DNA of 63,986 bases, filler included, from Stramenopiles sp. TOSAG23-6 (GCA_900128565.1; 6 parts of 6 records of this genome joined end to end with filler, not necessarily neighbours in it), one strand, 5' to 3'; numbered from the whole stretch's first letter, positions 1 through 11,791 are shown. The notes: generated by a model from the letters alone, not told the origin. Made by a program: numbers and translations.

Positions 1-61
1 TTTTGTTTAGGTACAAAATTTTCTATAAAAAAAAAATCTAAAAATCAGGATGAAAACGTAC

Positions 62-627
62 ATGTTCAACAGAACTTCGGAATACATCTTTTCAGGTGTA
101 CTGAGACCAAGTAACATCCCTTCAATGACTAGGAGACCACCTGTTTGTATAGGATAACATTCAGATGTCATAGCTAGAGTGAGAATAAACTCCGGTAGTA
201 AAGCCCATGCAGTGACAACTTTTCCAGCGGTGAAACGAAGTATGATGTTTAATACAAGCGAAAAAACAATTGTCAATTTGTACCACTCTGCACTTGTACC
301 CAGAAAGTTTCGCCAGAGGACTCGAGTAATACGGAGAAAACAATTTTTTTCATGTAACGAACCATCGGACTTCTCTTGTTTACGAATATTTGGTTCAACT
401 ATGCTATTGCTGAAATTACGCTCAATATTTTGAGATGTATAGGTTTTTATATTGCTTGTGGTGCGCTTCGCACATATTAATGAAGCTGGTGCATTTTGAC
501 TGATATAAAGGTTTCCTTTTAGCGTAGTTGAAACTGCTCCTCTCACACCGTTCGAAAACTGAATAGGCAAAGTATCCATATTCTTTAAAGGCCATGTTGG
601 GAGTTCTTCTGAATCAGGCGACTGCAT
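62..627 (-). CDS. nhaB: NhaB-like antiporter, first exon, duplicated copy
   Basis: Mirror of 9998-10563. Confidence 0.75.
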
Positions 628-1803
628 TACGCCTGATAGTAGTTTTTCTAAGGAATATGATTAGTGATGCCTAAACTCTAGCGATGCAGACTATTTGTAC
701 CCTAGTTTGAGCTATTGAAATTCCCTTCGACGTACAATAATAATGACCTATCACTGTCTCAAAAGTAATCGCTTCAAGGAATTCCAATGCATTTGACAGT
801 TCCTCCCAAGCGCACAGAAGGTTTTGTTTGTATTTGACATCGCGCGGAGATTTTCTTCATAATCGCCGCAGGTTTGTTCTTGATTGGAGGTCCCAAACCT
901 TATATCTTTTATTTTTGTATACGGTACCCCCGAATCGACAACATCAAGGATAGACCAGTTAAACAACTTAATTGCTATTATGTTTATAAAATGTTCCCAT
1001 AAAGAAACGAATAATATCAAGCTATAATGTATGCACCTACAAAAGAACCAGCTGATGCAGAATGTAAAACTCTGTCCTCTAATACCCACTTGAGTATAAG
1101 GGGGAGTCTTGATAGAGAAGTCAGGGATGGAGTCAGGGAAAATCCTGCTGTTGTGTCTCATGATCAAGCATATATTAATCCTCACCTTCATCATAGAGAG
1201 AGAGAGGGGAATATGGGGAAATCTGCAGTAGATGAGCAGGGCAAAGGTGGAAATGTAATACTCAACCGAAATTTCTTTCTCCGCAATAAACCGCTGTCAC
1301 TAGATTCGCAAGAAGCTTTCGGAGAATCAGATACTGTGCTCGAAGAAAAAAAAACAGGTATCATAAATAATCCACATTTTGAATACCGTTTACACTCACC
1401 TAAATCAAAGACAAACCCTGATGATTTTTAATTTTGTTTCATGTATATAAGCTCGAGAACGTTATGACTAATTTTCCACTTCAGCTAAAACTTCCAATTC
1501 CACAAAATGTATATTTCGTATGGGTACTTTATATAAAAAAAAATGACGGTCAAATCACTGCAACTTTGTCAGAAAGTATAAACATAAAAATAAAATTGTT
1601 GATTAAAAATGTTGCAAATTTGAAATTTCAATGTGTATTGTGTTATCGGATTCCTGAAACAACCAGAAACATCCATTGGAAAACCCATTACGCAAACCTG
1701 CTTGGCTTGGCTCAATTCCATTCCAACATTCAGCGCGTGTTTCGATTTTTCGATACTTCTTATTAAATTAGCCTTCTACGTGTTTGTCTACGTACATACA
1801 AAA

Positions 1804-2847
1804 ATGGCGACACTACCTACTCCAAAAGCACCTCCGACTATGGATAAAAACTTTCAATCTGATTATATGCCTAGTATAGCCTCTACTATGCCATCAAAGC
1901 CAGTGGGAACGTTTCTTAACTTATACTCTGAAGCCCGCGACATCCTAAATATTCCTTCTGTCGGAACTGATCTCAGTATGGAGTTAACCAACCACTTCCG
2001 ACAAGGGTGTGGTGTGCAGTCAAAGTTATCGATGCAAAAACGGGTATTCCAGCTACTCGGTTTCTATCATACAGGTTCTAGTATTGTATCTGGTTCAGCA
2101 GATAGTAGAGGTTTGGTTTGTGCAAATTGGGCAAAGGAATGGCCTTCTTTGGGCGTTCACAGTGTAGTTCGAACAAAGTTTGTTACTGGCATATCAAATG
2201 AAAAAACGAACACCAACGCTCGATGGAGTGATGCGGAATTGACAAAAGAGGGTGATGCATATGCAATAACAGCAAAAGTAATGCGTCAAGATAAGGAGAA
2301 AATTGTTGCTTCAGCGTCTTTTACCCAGAAGGTGACTGATCGATTTACACTTGGTGCCAAAGCTCAAGTTGACCGAGAAAAAGACACTAAAGCTGCTGCT
2401 TTTGCTGCTAGATACAAACATTCATGTGGAACAATGTTAGGAACATATACTACGACTGGCTTACTAAGTGCTCATTGCTCTAGAGAAGTTTCACACTACA
2501 ACAAACCGAATGAAAATAATGTCGGTTTGGCCGCGCAATTAACGTATGATGTGAACACTGGACAGTCGCAAACATATATTGGTTGGAAATTCTCCATGCC
2601 TAGTACAAAGTCGGTCGTACATGCTTCTATCAATGGTTCGGGGCGTGTGAAGGCAGTCTTAGAGGAGAGAATGAATGAAAGCACTATTTTGTCACTAACA
2701 TCTGAAATGAATCACGCGACTAGTGACTTTCGCTTCGGCTTAGGAGTTCAAGTGGGGGCAAAACCTTCCCAAAAAGCAGCAGCAGTACAGACAGCCCTTA
2801 AATACGATCCTCTAAAGGTTGATCGTTGGAGAAAATGGACCTTTTAG
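1804..2847 (+). CDS. Tom40/eukaryotic porin-like protein, duplicated copy
   Basis: Mirror of 7778-8821. Confidence 0.6.
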   Translation: MATLPTPKAPPTMDKNFQSDYMPSIASTMPSKPVGTFLNLYSEARDILNIPSVGTDLSMELTNHFRQGCGVQSKLSMQKRVFQLLGFYHTGSSIVSGSADSRGLVCANWAKEWPSLGVHSVVRTKFVTGISNEKTNTNARWSDAELTKEGDAYAITAKVMRQDKEKIVASASFTQKVTDRFTLGAKAQVDREKDTKAAAFAARYKHSCGTMLGTYTTTGLLSAHCSREVSHYNKPNENNVGLAAQLTYDVNTGQSQTYIGWKFSMPSTKSVVHASINGSGRVKAVLEERMNESTILSLTSEMNHATSDFRFGLGVQVGAKPSQKAAAVQTALKYDPLKVDRWRKWTF

Positions 2848-3209
2848 ATTAAGGGTTTTGTTTATAAGAGAAAGCGTTCATAAAAACAAAAGAAAATGTC
2901 ATTAAATTTGAAAAAAAATACAACAGAAACTTTTCACAATGAAATACTAGTATAATATATGCAGTCTCTTATTAAGTTGTAATTATATCTCTTATTAAGT
3001 TGTAATTATATCTCTTATTAAGTTGTAATTATAGATGTAAGAGATACATACATATGCGTATCTATGATTTCTCTTGTTTGTTTTTCTCACTTTCTTTAAT
3101 AAAATGTGTTAATGTTATATGTATTTCAGTGTACATTTTTAATTTTTGAATTCGTTTATTGTTGAAATTTAAAGTCATATCCCATACAACACACTTTTTA
3201 GGGTATTTG

Positions 3210-4109
3210 CTACTCATATTCAATATCTCGCATAGACGCTCGCCTTGCCAACATTTTTGCCTGCACATTCTTACCATCTGATGCTCCATGAGAGGGTCTA
3301 TCCACAGGCGTGCTGACAGGAACTACATCAGCAATTGTCTGCACATCCATTGCCACAACAGATACACTATTCACATTTTCAGATACACTACATGTTTGAC
3401 GAGAACCTACGAAACCCCTTCCACGTTTGTTTCGTCCAAAATATTTGGAATACCCTGGACGATCTTGATCTGGGGCAGCGGTTTGTTCTTGACCAATGCA
3501 TGTCTGAGAAGCTGTTAGATTTTTCAATTCTACTAGTCGTGTTCTTCTAGTATGTGTGGTACCCCCTGTCCTTGACTCATTTAGAGCAGTTAAAAATTGA
3601 ACTGGGTCTGTATCAAAGGCATCCTCTGTTTGTTGCCGTACTTCATCTGAAAAGCAACAACCGCAACATTCACAGCCAAGACCATTTCCTATCATACAAT
3701 TATACTTAAACTCACGATAGTTACGTGAAACATAACTACAACATATACCGCAAGCAATAGGTACCCACGCAAGTACAATAGTTAATATAATCAGAGCTTT
3801 TAACTCACCATCAATGACACTAGAATTTTCTATTTCTTGTTGTTCCTTTTCTTTACCTTGCTGTGCTCGCTTAATCCTCTCGTCATCAATATCAACATCA
3901 CCATCACCATCCTTATCGGCTGTTTCGCTATTTCCAAGAGCTCCCTTTGCAATATCAACTGATACGGACTTCCAATCTGGTTTTACCGCGGCTTTAGAAC
4001 TGCCTTTTGCAGTTGCACGATCTATAGCTGCAACCACTGCGTCTTTTGCACCAGCTGCCTGTCTTTTGCTTCCACCATTTACTAAAATTACGTCTTTGAC
4101 CATGTCCCC
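3210..4109 (-). pseudogene. 5'-truncated duplicate of the 6279-7415 gene, fused to the broken LysRS end
   Basis: Identical to 6516-7415 but lacks the N-terminal ~79 codons. Confidence 0.8.
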
Positions 4110-6046
4110 AACCAGCAGTAGGAGGAAGGCCATATTCGAGAGAGACACAGAAACCTTCATCATGTATTGTATGAAAATATTGTTTTTTCGAGTTTTTTTG
4201 TTAGGTACAAAATTTCGTATGAAAAAAAAATAAATTCGAAATTGGTAAAGCATTCAAATTTGAAAACGTACATGTGGCTGTGCTTCAACGTCACCACTTG
4301 CTTTAGATGCCATTTGGTCCATAAATCGTTCTCGCTGAGTACGAGGATCATTTAGTTCTGTATAAGCATTTGCTAACTCCATACCTAAAACAAACAATTC
4401 AAAACGCTCTGTCATTTGTGGCTTACTGCGATGGTATATGTATTATGAAAAGATATTTCAAAAATGTAAAATTTGTTAGGTACAGAATTTCGTACGAAAA
4501 AAAAATAAATTCGAAATTCAATTTGAAAACGTACTTGGCCAATGGAGACATCATAGCAGGATGATCACATAGAAATGTCGGGTTAACAAGTTGATCTTCA
4601 ATGAAATGACCTACTAGTTTATCCAATAATCGTGCAGTTGTACGAGGTGGAGCACAATCAAGTTCATGTTTTTCNCATTGAGCAGCTAAAAACTGATTAA
4701 TGTTAGGGTCATCAAGAGGCGGTAACTTAATATTAGCACGTTTTTCAAGCTCAGATGTCATTGATAGTCGTGTCCATGGAGGAGTAAAATCGATCTCAGC
4801 ACCTGGAGAATCTGGTCCATCCTTATGGTAAGTGATCTTATAACCACCAGTGACTTCTTTGACCATTCCAGATATAAGTTTTTCAGTCATGTCCATGAGA
4901 TCATTGTAATCAGCATAGGCCATGTAAAACTCACATGTAGTAAATTCAGGGTTGTGTGTCAAATCCATTCCTTCATTTCTGAATTGTCTACCGATTTCGT
5001 ACACTCGTTCAAGTCCACCTACAACCAGCATCTTCAAATAAAGTTCAGGGGCAACACGCATAAACATATCAACACCCATGTTTTGTGAACAAATATGTTT
5101 TTGTTTTTTTTTGTTAGTAAAAAAAAATCGTTTAGGTACAAATTTTTTTATGGAAAAATTATATATTTTTGAAAGTAATAAAGAACACGTACATATCATT
5201 GTGAAATGTTTTAAATGGTCGAGCGGTAGCGCCTCCAGGAATATCATTCATCATTGGAGTTTCAACTTCAAGAAAGTTTTGAGTATCTAAAAAACGACGG
5301 ACGTAATTGATAATTTTAGCACGGGTATAAAAAATTTCTCTGGATTTGTTGTTCATGATAAGATCGAGGTATCGTTGACGGAAACGAACCTCTTGGTTTT
5401 TAAGACCAGAATAGCCTGTTGGAAGCATATGAAGACAAGGGGTTAATACTTGCATTTCAGTTGGGAAAAGCGACAACTCTCCTGACTTGGACTTTCCAGG
5501 ATGACCAGTTACTCCAACAATGTCACCCCGTTTAACGTCGTGTTTGAGAGCTTCAAATGCTTCTTCACCAGCAGTATATGCACTCTTACTCAACATGATT
5601 TGAATTTTTTCCCCATCTGCACGCAAATCCATAAACATCAATTTTTTACCGGATGCACGAACACTGTGGAGACGTCCAGCAACAGACACTGTTGTTGCTG
5701 TGTCGTGTGATCCAGCCTCAACGTTTCCATATTTTTCACAGAATACTGGAAGTTTCATGGTAACATTAAACTTGTGAGGATACGCAGGTCTTCCAGCAGA
5801 CTCCCATTTTGCTAGCTGAGCTAGTCGATTTTCACGATATTTGGTAGGGTCAACTTCCTCTACAACCTTTTTGGCCTTTGCTTTATTGTTCCCATTTAAC
5901 TTCGCTTTCGCAGCTTTTGCAGCCTTCTTTTTGTCATTCTCCATCTTTTTCTTCAATTTCTTGATGGCATTTTTGGATAAACCTTTAAAGAGAGGATTGT
6001 TCTTATCAGCTTCCTCCATAGCCGCATTGCGCGCACGATGATCCAT
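4110..6046 (-). CDS. KARS1: Cytosolic class II lysyl-tRNA synthetase, 4 exons (6046-5193, 5077-4535, 4437-4272, 4161-4110), 3'-truncated at the inversion junction
   Basis: [108 protein letters not shown] after splicing. Confidence 0.97.
4162..4271 (-). other. GT-AT intron (LysRS intron 3, phase 0)
   Basis: CCA CAT|GTACGTTTTC...ACAATACAT|GAT GAA GGT restores EAQPHDEGFC. Confidence 0.9.
4438..4534 (-). other. GT-AT intron (LysRS intron 2, phase 2)
   Basis: GCC AA|GTACGTTTTC...ATAATACAT|A TAC CAT restores SPLAKYHR; a -2 shift would give Ile instead of conserved Lys. Confidence 0.9.
5078..5192 (-). other. GT-AT intron (LysRS intron 1, phase 2)
   Basis: GAT AT|GTACGTG...CAAAACAT|G GGT restores [12 protein letters not shown]. 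Confidence 0.9.
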
Positions 6047-6278
6047 TCTTGTTAGCGTGTCTTTTTACACTTTCCAATAGCAGAAGTCAACAACAATAGC
6101 TTTCAGTCGCAAGAAGAAGAAGAAGACTTGGTCAAGAAATGACTGAATGACTCGTGTTACCCTAAAAAACACAAACCTGCTTCTTTTCTGATTTTAGAGA
6201 GAGAGAGCGAGCGAGTTGTATCATTCAATATATCGGGAATATTCCTCCTCTCGACGACAAAATCAGCATGATATATAG

Positions 6279-7415
6279 ATGAGATTCTATATGAAGATGA
6301 CAAGATTTCTTTTTATAATGATCTTCTTGTTTCTTAAAACTAGCTGTATTCATTGTACTGGGTCGAATCATAAATTAGATGAGAATCATTCCACAAATAA
6401 CTCAAATACAAATTCCGATAAAGCAGAAGATTTTGAATTTACTGCACAGATGGTAATTGACGCAGACTTGGCTTTCATGAAGGGTGTTAATAATGGTTTC
6501 AGTGCTGAAGAAGTAGGGGACATGGTCAAAGACGTAATTTTAGTAAATGGTGGAAGCAAAAGACAGGCAGCTGGTGCAAAAGACGCAGTGGTTGCAGCTA
6601 TAGATCGTGCAACTGCAAAAGGCAGTTCTAAAGCCGCGGTAAAACCAGATTGGAAGTCCGTATCAGTTGATATTGCAAAGGGAGCTCTTGGAAATAGCGA
6701 AACAGCCGATAAGGATGGTGATGGTGATGTTGATATTGATGACGAGAGGATTAAGCGAGCACAGCAAGGTAAAGAAAAGGAACAACAAGAAATAGAAAAT
6801 TCTAGTGTCATTGATGGTGAGTTAAAAGCTCTGATTATATTAACTATTGTACTTGCGTGGGTACCTATTGCTTGCGGTATATGTTGTAGTTATGTTTCAC
6901 GTAACTATCGTGAGTTTAAGTATAATTGTATGATAGGAAATGGTCTTGGCTGTGAATGTTGCGGTTGTTGCTTTTCAGATGAAGTACGGCAACAAACAGA
7001 GGATGCCTTTGATACAGACCCAGTTCAATTTTTAACTGCTCTAAATGAGTCAAGGACAGGGGGTACCACACATACTAGAAGAACACGACTAGTAGAATTG
7101 AAAAATCTAACAGCTTCTCAGACATGCATTGGTCAAGAACAAACCGCTGCCCCAGATCAAGATCGTCCAGGGTATTCCAAATATTTTGGACGAAACAAAC
7201 GTGGAAGGGGTTTCGTAGGTTCTCGTCAAACATGTAGTGTATCTGAAAATGTGAATAGTGTATCTGTTGTGGCAATGGATGTGCAGACAATTGCTGATGT
7301 AGTTCCTGTCAGCACGCCTGTGGATAGACCCTCTCATGGAGCATCAGATGGTAAGAATGTGCAGGCAAAAATGTTGGCAAGGCGAGCGTCTATGCGAGAT
7401 ATTGAATATGAGTAG
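6279..7415 (+). CDS. Signal-peptide, single-pass membrane protein of unknown function
   Basis: Hydrophobic N-terminus, EF-hand-like DKDGDGDVDIDD, TM helix ALIILTIVLAWVPIAC followed by Cys-rich juxtamembrane region. Confidence 0.75.
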   Translation: MRFYMKMTRFLFIMIFLFLKTSCIHCTGSNHKLDENHSTNNSNTNSDKAEDFEFTAQMVIDADLAFMKGVNNGFSAEEVGDMVKDVILVNGGSKRQAAGAKDAVVAAIDRATAKGSSKAAVKPDWKSVSVDIAKGALGNSETADKDGDGDVDIDDERIKRAQQGKEKEQQEIENSSVIDGELKALIILTIVLAWVPIACGICCSYVSRNYREFKYNCMIGNGLGCECCGCCFSDEVRQQTEDAFDTDPVQFLTALNESRTGGTTHTRRTRLVELKNLTASQTCIGQEQTAAPDQDRPGYSKYFGRNKRGRGFVGSRQTCSVSENVNSVSVVAMDVQTIADVVPVSTPVDRPSHGASDGKNVQAKMLARRASMRDIEYE

Positions 7416-7592
7416 CAAATACCCTAAAAAGTGTGTTGTATGGGATATGACTTTAAATTTCAACAATAAACGAATTCAAAAATTAAAAATGTACACTGAA
7501 ATACATATAACATTAACACATTTTATTAAAGAAAGTGAGAAAAACAAACAAGAGAAATCATAGATACGCATATGTATGTATCTCTTACATCT

Positions 7593-7659
7593 ATAATTAC
7601 AACTTAATAAGAGATATAATTACAACTTAATAAGAGATATAATTACAACTTAATAAGAG
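7593..7659. repeat. 23-bp tandem repeat x~3 between convergent genes (mirror at 2966-3032)
   Basis: TATAATTACAACTTAATAAGAGA repeated. Confidence 0.85.
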
Positions 7660-7777
7660 ACTGCATATATTATACTAGTATTTCATTGTGAAAAGTTTCT
7701 GTTGTATTTTTTTTCAAATTTAATGACATTTTCTTTTGTTTTTATGAACGCTTTCTCTTATAAACAAAACCCTTAAT

Positions 7778-8821
7778 CTAAAAGGTCCATTTTCTCCAAC
7801 GATCAACCTTTAGAGGATCGTATTTAAGGGCTGTCTGTACTGCTGCTGCTTTTTGGGAAGGTTTTGCCCCCACTTGAACTCCTAAGCCGAAGCGAAAGTC
7901 ACTAGTCGCGTGATTCATTTCAGATGTTAGTGACAAAATAGTGCTTTCATTCATTCTCTCCTCTAAGACTGCCTTCACACGCCCCGAACCATTGATAGAA
8001 GCATGTACGACCGACTTTGTACTAGGCATGGAGAATTTCCAACCAATATATGTTTGCGACTGTCCAGTGTTCACATCATACGTTAATTGCGCGGCCAAAC
8101 CGACATTATTTTCATTCGGTTTGTTGTAGTGTGAAACTTCTCTAGAGCAATGAGCACTTAGTAAGCCAGTCGTAGTATATGTTCCTAACATTGTTCCACA
8201 TGAATGTTTGTATCTAGCAGCAAAAGCAGCAGCTTTAGTGTCTTTTTCTCGGTCAACTTGAGCTTTGGCACCAAGTGTAAATCGATCAGTCACCTTCTGG
8301 GTAAAAGACGCTGAAGCAACAATTTTCTCCTTATCTTGACGCATTACTTTTGCTGTTATTGCATATGCATCACCCTCTTTTGTCAATTCCGCATCACTCC
8401 ATCGAGCGTTGGTGTTCGTTTTTTCATTTGATATGCCAGTAACAAACTTTGTTCGAACTACACTGTGAACGCCCAAAGAAGGCCATTCCTTTGCCCAATT
8501 TGCACAAACCAAACCTCTACTATCTGCTGAACCAGATACAATACTAGAACCTGTATGATAGAAACCGAGTAGCTGGAATACCCGTTTTTGCATCGATAAC
8601 TTTGACTGCACACCACACCCTTGTCGGAAGTGGTTGGTTAACTCCATACTGAGATCAGTTCCGACAGAAGGAATATTTAGGATGTCGCGGGCTTCAGAGT
8701 ATAAGTTAAGAAACGTTCCCACTGGCTTTGATGGCATAGTAGAGGCTATACTAGGCATATAATCAGATTGAAAGTTTTTATCCATAGTCGGAGGTGCTTT
8801 TGGAGTAGGTAGTGTCGCCAT
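7778..8821 (-). CDS. Tom40/eukaryotic porin-family beta-barrel protein
   Basis: N-terminal PxPVGTFLNLYSEARD, alternating beta-strand pattern, C-terminal MNHATSDFRFGLGVQVG. Confidence 0.65.
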   Translation of the reverse strand: MATLPTPKAPPTMDKNFQSDYMPSIASTMPSKPVGTFLNLYSEARDILNIPSVGTDLSMELTNHFRQGCGVQSKLSMQKRVFQLLGFYHTGSSIVSGSADSRGLVCANWAKEWPSLGVHSVVRTKFVTGISNEKTNTNARWSDAELTKEGDAYAITAKVMRQDKEKIVASASFTQKVTDRFTLGAKAQVDREKDTKAAAFAARYKHSCGTMLGTYTTTGLLSAHCSREVSHYNKPNENNVGLAAQLTYDVNTGQSQTYIGWKFSMPSTKSVVHASINGSGRVKAVLEERMNESTILSLTSEMNHATSDFRFGLGVQVGAKPSQKAAAVQTALKYDPLKVDRWRKWTF

Positions 8822-9997
8822 TTTTGTATGTACGTAGACAAACACGTAGAAGGCTAATTTAATAAGAAGTATCGAAAAATCGAAACACGCGCTGAATGTT
8901 GGAATGGAATTGAGCCAAGCCAAGCAGGTTTGCGTAATGGGTTTTCCAATGGATGTTTCTGGTTGTTTCAGGAATCCGATAACACAATACACATTGAAAT
9001 TTCAAATTTGCAACATTTTTAATCAACAATTTTATTTTTATGTTTATACTTTCTGACAAAGTTGCAGTGATTTGACCGTCATTTTTTTTTATATAAAGTA
9101 CCCATACGAAATATACATTTTGTGGAATTGGAAGTTTTAGCTGAAGTGGAAAATTAGTCATAACGTTCTCGAGCTTATATACATGAAACAAAATTAAAAA
9201 TCATCAGGGTTTGTCTTTGATTTAGGTGAGTGTAAACGGTATTCAAAATGTGGATTATTTATGATACCTGTTTTTTTTTCTTCGAGCACAGTATCTGATT
9301 CTCCGAAAGCTTCTTGCGAATCTAGTGACAGCGGTTTATTGCGGAGAAAGAAATTTCGGTTGAGTATTACATTTCCACCTTTGCCCTGCTCATCTACTGC
9401 AGATTTCCCCATATTCCCCTCTCTCTCTCTATGATGAAGGTGAGGATTAATATATGCTTGATCATGAGACACAACAGCAGGATTTTCCCTGACTCCATCC
9501 CTGACTTCTCTATCAAGACTCCCCCTTATACTCAAGTGGGTATTAGAGGACAGAGTTTTACATTCTGCATCAGCTGGTTCTTTTGTAGGTGCATACATTA
9601 TAGCTTGATATTATTCGTTTCTTTATGGGAACATTTTATAAACATAATAGCAATTAAGTTGTTTAACTGGTCTATCCTTGATGTTGTCGATTCGGGGGTA
9701 CCGTATACAAAAATAAAAGATATAAGGTTTGGGACCTCCAATCAAGAACAAACCTGCGGCGATTATGAAGAAAATCTCCGCGCGATGTCAAATACAAACA
9801 AAACCTTCTGTGCGCTTGGGAGGAACTGTCAAATGCATTGGAATTCCTTGAAGCGATTACTTTTGAGACAGTGATAGGTCATTATTATTGTACGTCGAAG
9901 GGAATTTCAATAGCTCAAACTAGGGTACAAATAGTCTGCATCGCTAGAGTTTAGGCATCACTAATCATATTCCTTAGAAAAACTACTATCAGGCGTA

Positions 9998-10563
9998 ATG
10001 CAGTCGCCTGATTCAGAAGAACTCCCAACATGGCCTTTAAAGAATATGGATACTTTGCCTATTCAGTTTTCGAACGGTGTGAGAGGAGCAGTTTCAACTA
10101 CGCTAAAAGGAAACCTTTATATCAGTCAAAATGCACCAGCTTCATTAATATGTGCGAAGCGCACCACAAGCAATATAAAAACCTATACATCTCAAAATAT
10201 TGAGCGTAATTTCAGCAATAGCATAGTTGAACCAAATATTCGTAAACAAGAGAAGTCCGATGGTTCGTTACATGAAAAAAATTGTTTTCTCCGTATTACT
10301 CGAGTCCTCTGGCGAAACTTTCTGGGTACAAGTGCAGAGTGGTACAAATTGACAATTGTTTTTTCGCTTGTATTAAACATCATACTTCGTTTCACCGCTG
10401 GAAAAGTTGTCACTGCATGGGCTTTACTACCGGAGTTTATTCTCACTCTAGCTATGACATCTGAATGTTATCCTATACAAACAGGTGGTCTCCTAGTCAT
10501 TGAAGGGATGTTACTTGGTCTCAGTACACCTGAAAAGATGTATTCCGAAGTTCTGTTGAACAT
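9998..10563 (+). CDS. nhaB: NhaB-like Na+/H+ antiporter, first exon (gene truncated by contig end)
   Basis: LWRNFLGTSAEWYKL...EFILTLAM..CYP...GGLLVIEG matches the N-terminus of gammaproteobacterial NhaB (LWRNFLGQSPDWYKL...[24 protein letters not shown]); family intron starts at 10564. Confidence 0.85.
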
Positions 10564-10624
10564 GTACGTTTTCATCCTGATTTTTAGATTTTTTTTTTAT
10601 AGAAAATTTTGTACCTAAACAAAA

Positions 10625-10724
10625 NNNNNNNNNNNNNNNNNNNNNNNNNNNNNNNNNNNNNNNNNNNNTTAATTAATTAANNNNNNNNNNNNNNNNNNNN
10701 NNNNNNNNNNNNNNNNNNNNNNNN
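10625..10724. other. Artificial contig linker (N44-TTAATTAATTAA-N44)
   Basis: 100 nt, stop codons in all six frames. Confidence 0.97.
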
Positions 10725-10779
10725 AAATTTCGTACGAAAAAAAAATCGATTTTTTTGTAAAAAAAAAAATAAAACATAC

Positions 10780-11578
10780 AGGTAGTGTATACACTCTAAC
10801 AGAACGATCACTACTCTGAGTATATACCATTTGGTCATGAGGGTCCCAGGTAACACCTTGAACATAGTGAGAATGATCTGAAAGTTTTTCTAATTGCTTA
10901 CGTTTCCTAACATTCCATATAAGTATTTTGGAAAAATATTTCAAAAAAAAAATCGTTAGGTACAACATTTCGTACGAAAAAAAAATTCGAATTTGAAAAA
11001 AAAATAAAACATATAATAGCTGATCCATCGATTGAACCAGAAACAAGCATTAAACCATCCGGAGACCATTCTAGGGTATACACATCATTTGAATGACCAC
11101 CTAGAAGAATTCGCGAAACTGATTTGTTTACGGTTCCTTCAGTGAGATCGTCCCAAGTCCAATCAGAATCAGTAAAATCAGGATTTCGGCACCATATAAA
11201 CACTCTTCCATCATCAGATGCTGACGCGAGACATTCTCCATTCGGAGACCATCTTACACAATTCACTGTTTTTTGATGTCCCTGTAACACACCCATAAAC
11301 GAAACATCGGTTCTTTTTACTGCTTTTTCCGAGTCTTTATTGGTTGCTATACTAGATGAAGTCTGGCTAGTTTCTTTAGACTCTTGTGCTTCAGAAGTGG
11401 AATCAATACACCAAATGCGTATCGTGCTATCAGAGCCACCAGTCGCCATGATTTGTTTGGAAACACCTTTTGTGCCAAATGGAACGGGGCGAAAATCGCA
11501 AGTCAATATTGGAACATTCTTTCCAACGTCACTCTTTGATGACTGATGCCACGCAATTTGCGGGGTTTCGACACGCAT
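10780..11578 (-). CDS. CHAF1B: WD40 protein, chromatin assembly factor 1 p60 (Cac2)-like; exons 11578-11015 and 10920-10780; 3' end missing
   Basis: MRVETPQIAWH, ATGGSD.TIRIW, VNCVRWSPNGECLASASDDG, DHSHYVQGVTWDP, TQSSDRSVRVY. Confidence 0.85.
10921..11014 (-). other. Family intron with AT-TT ends (phase 0)
   Basis: GCT ATT|ATATGTTTT...AAAATACTT|ATA TGG restores SAIIWNV; full internal motif present; 7-nt junction repeat makes the exact register ambiguous. Confidence 0.75.
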
Positions 11579-11791
11579 TGCTAATACCTAAAGCACAAGA
11601 ATGTATATATATATAGCCAATTATTCACTGATTGCTGCTCAGGAGGATTGATGAAATTAATTATTACTTTGTAATTGTTGTTCGAGGTCTTGATCTCAAG
11701 ATCAGATCAATCTAAATAAAAATTGTCATCCGCAAATCATCGAGCAATCATCGACATTTTGGAGTGACTGATGCTCAGAATTCGAAGAAAA

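Larger units (their letters stand above)
1..4109. repeat. Left arm of perfect inverted duplication (mirror of 6516-10624)
   Basis: Position x maps to 10625-x; all ORFs are duplicated in opposite orientation; identity ends at 4109/6516 (GGGGACATGG). Confidence 0.97.
6516..10624. repeat. Right arm of perfect inverted duplication (probably the genuine copy)
   Basis: Reverse complement of 1-4109; this arm is continuous with the intact 6279 gene. Confidence 0.97.

Noticed and set aside
4423-5247. Frameshifted pseudogenes, programmed frameshifting or an alternative genetic code to explain broken ORFs
   Set aside because: Every break coincides with a family intron, and exons translate cleanly with the standard code
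9194-9874. ORFs 9194-9598 and 9431-9874 (and mirrors) as genes
   Set aside because: No recognisable domain, overlap each other, lie in a divergent intergenic region; cannot support
10669-10680. TTAATTAATTAA palindromes as biological sites
   Set aside because: Always centred in 100-nt N linkers between length-sorted contigs; artificial, so gene neighbourhoods across them mean nothing
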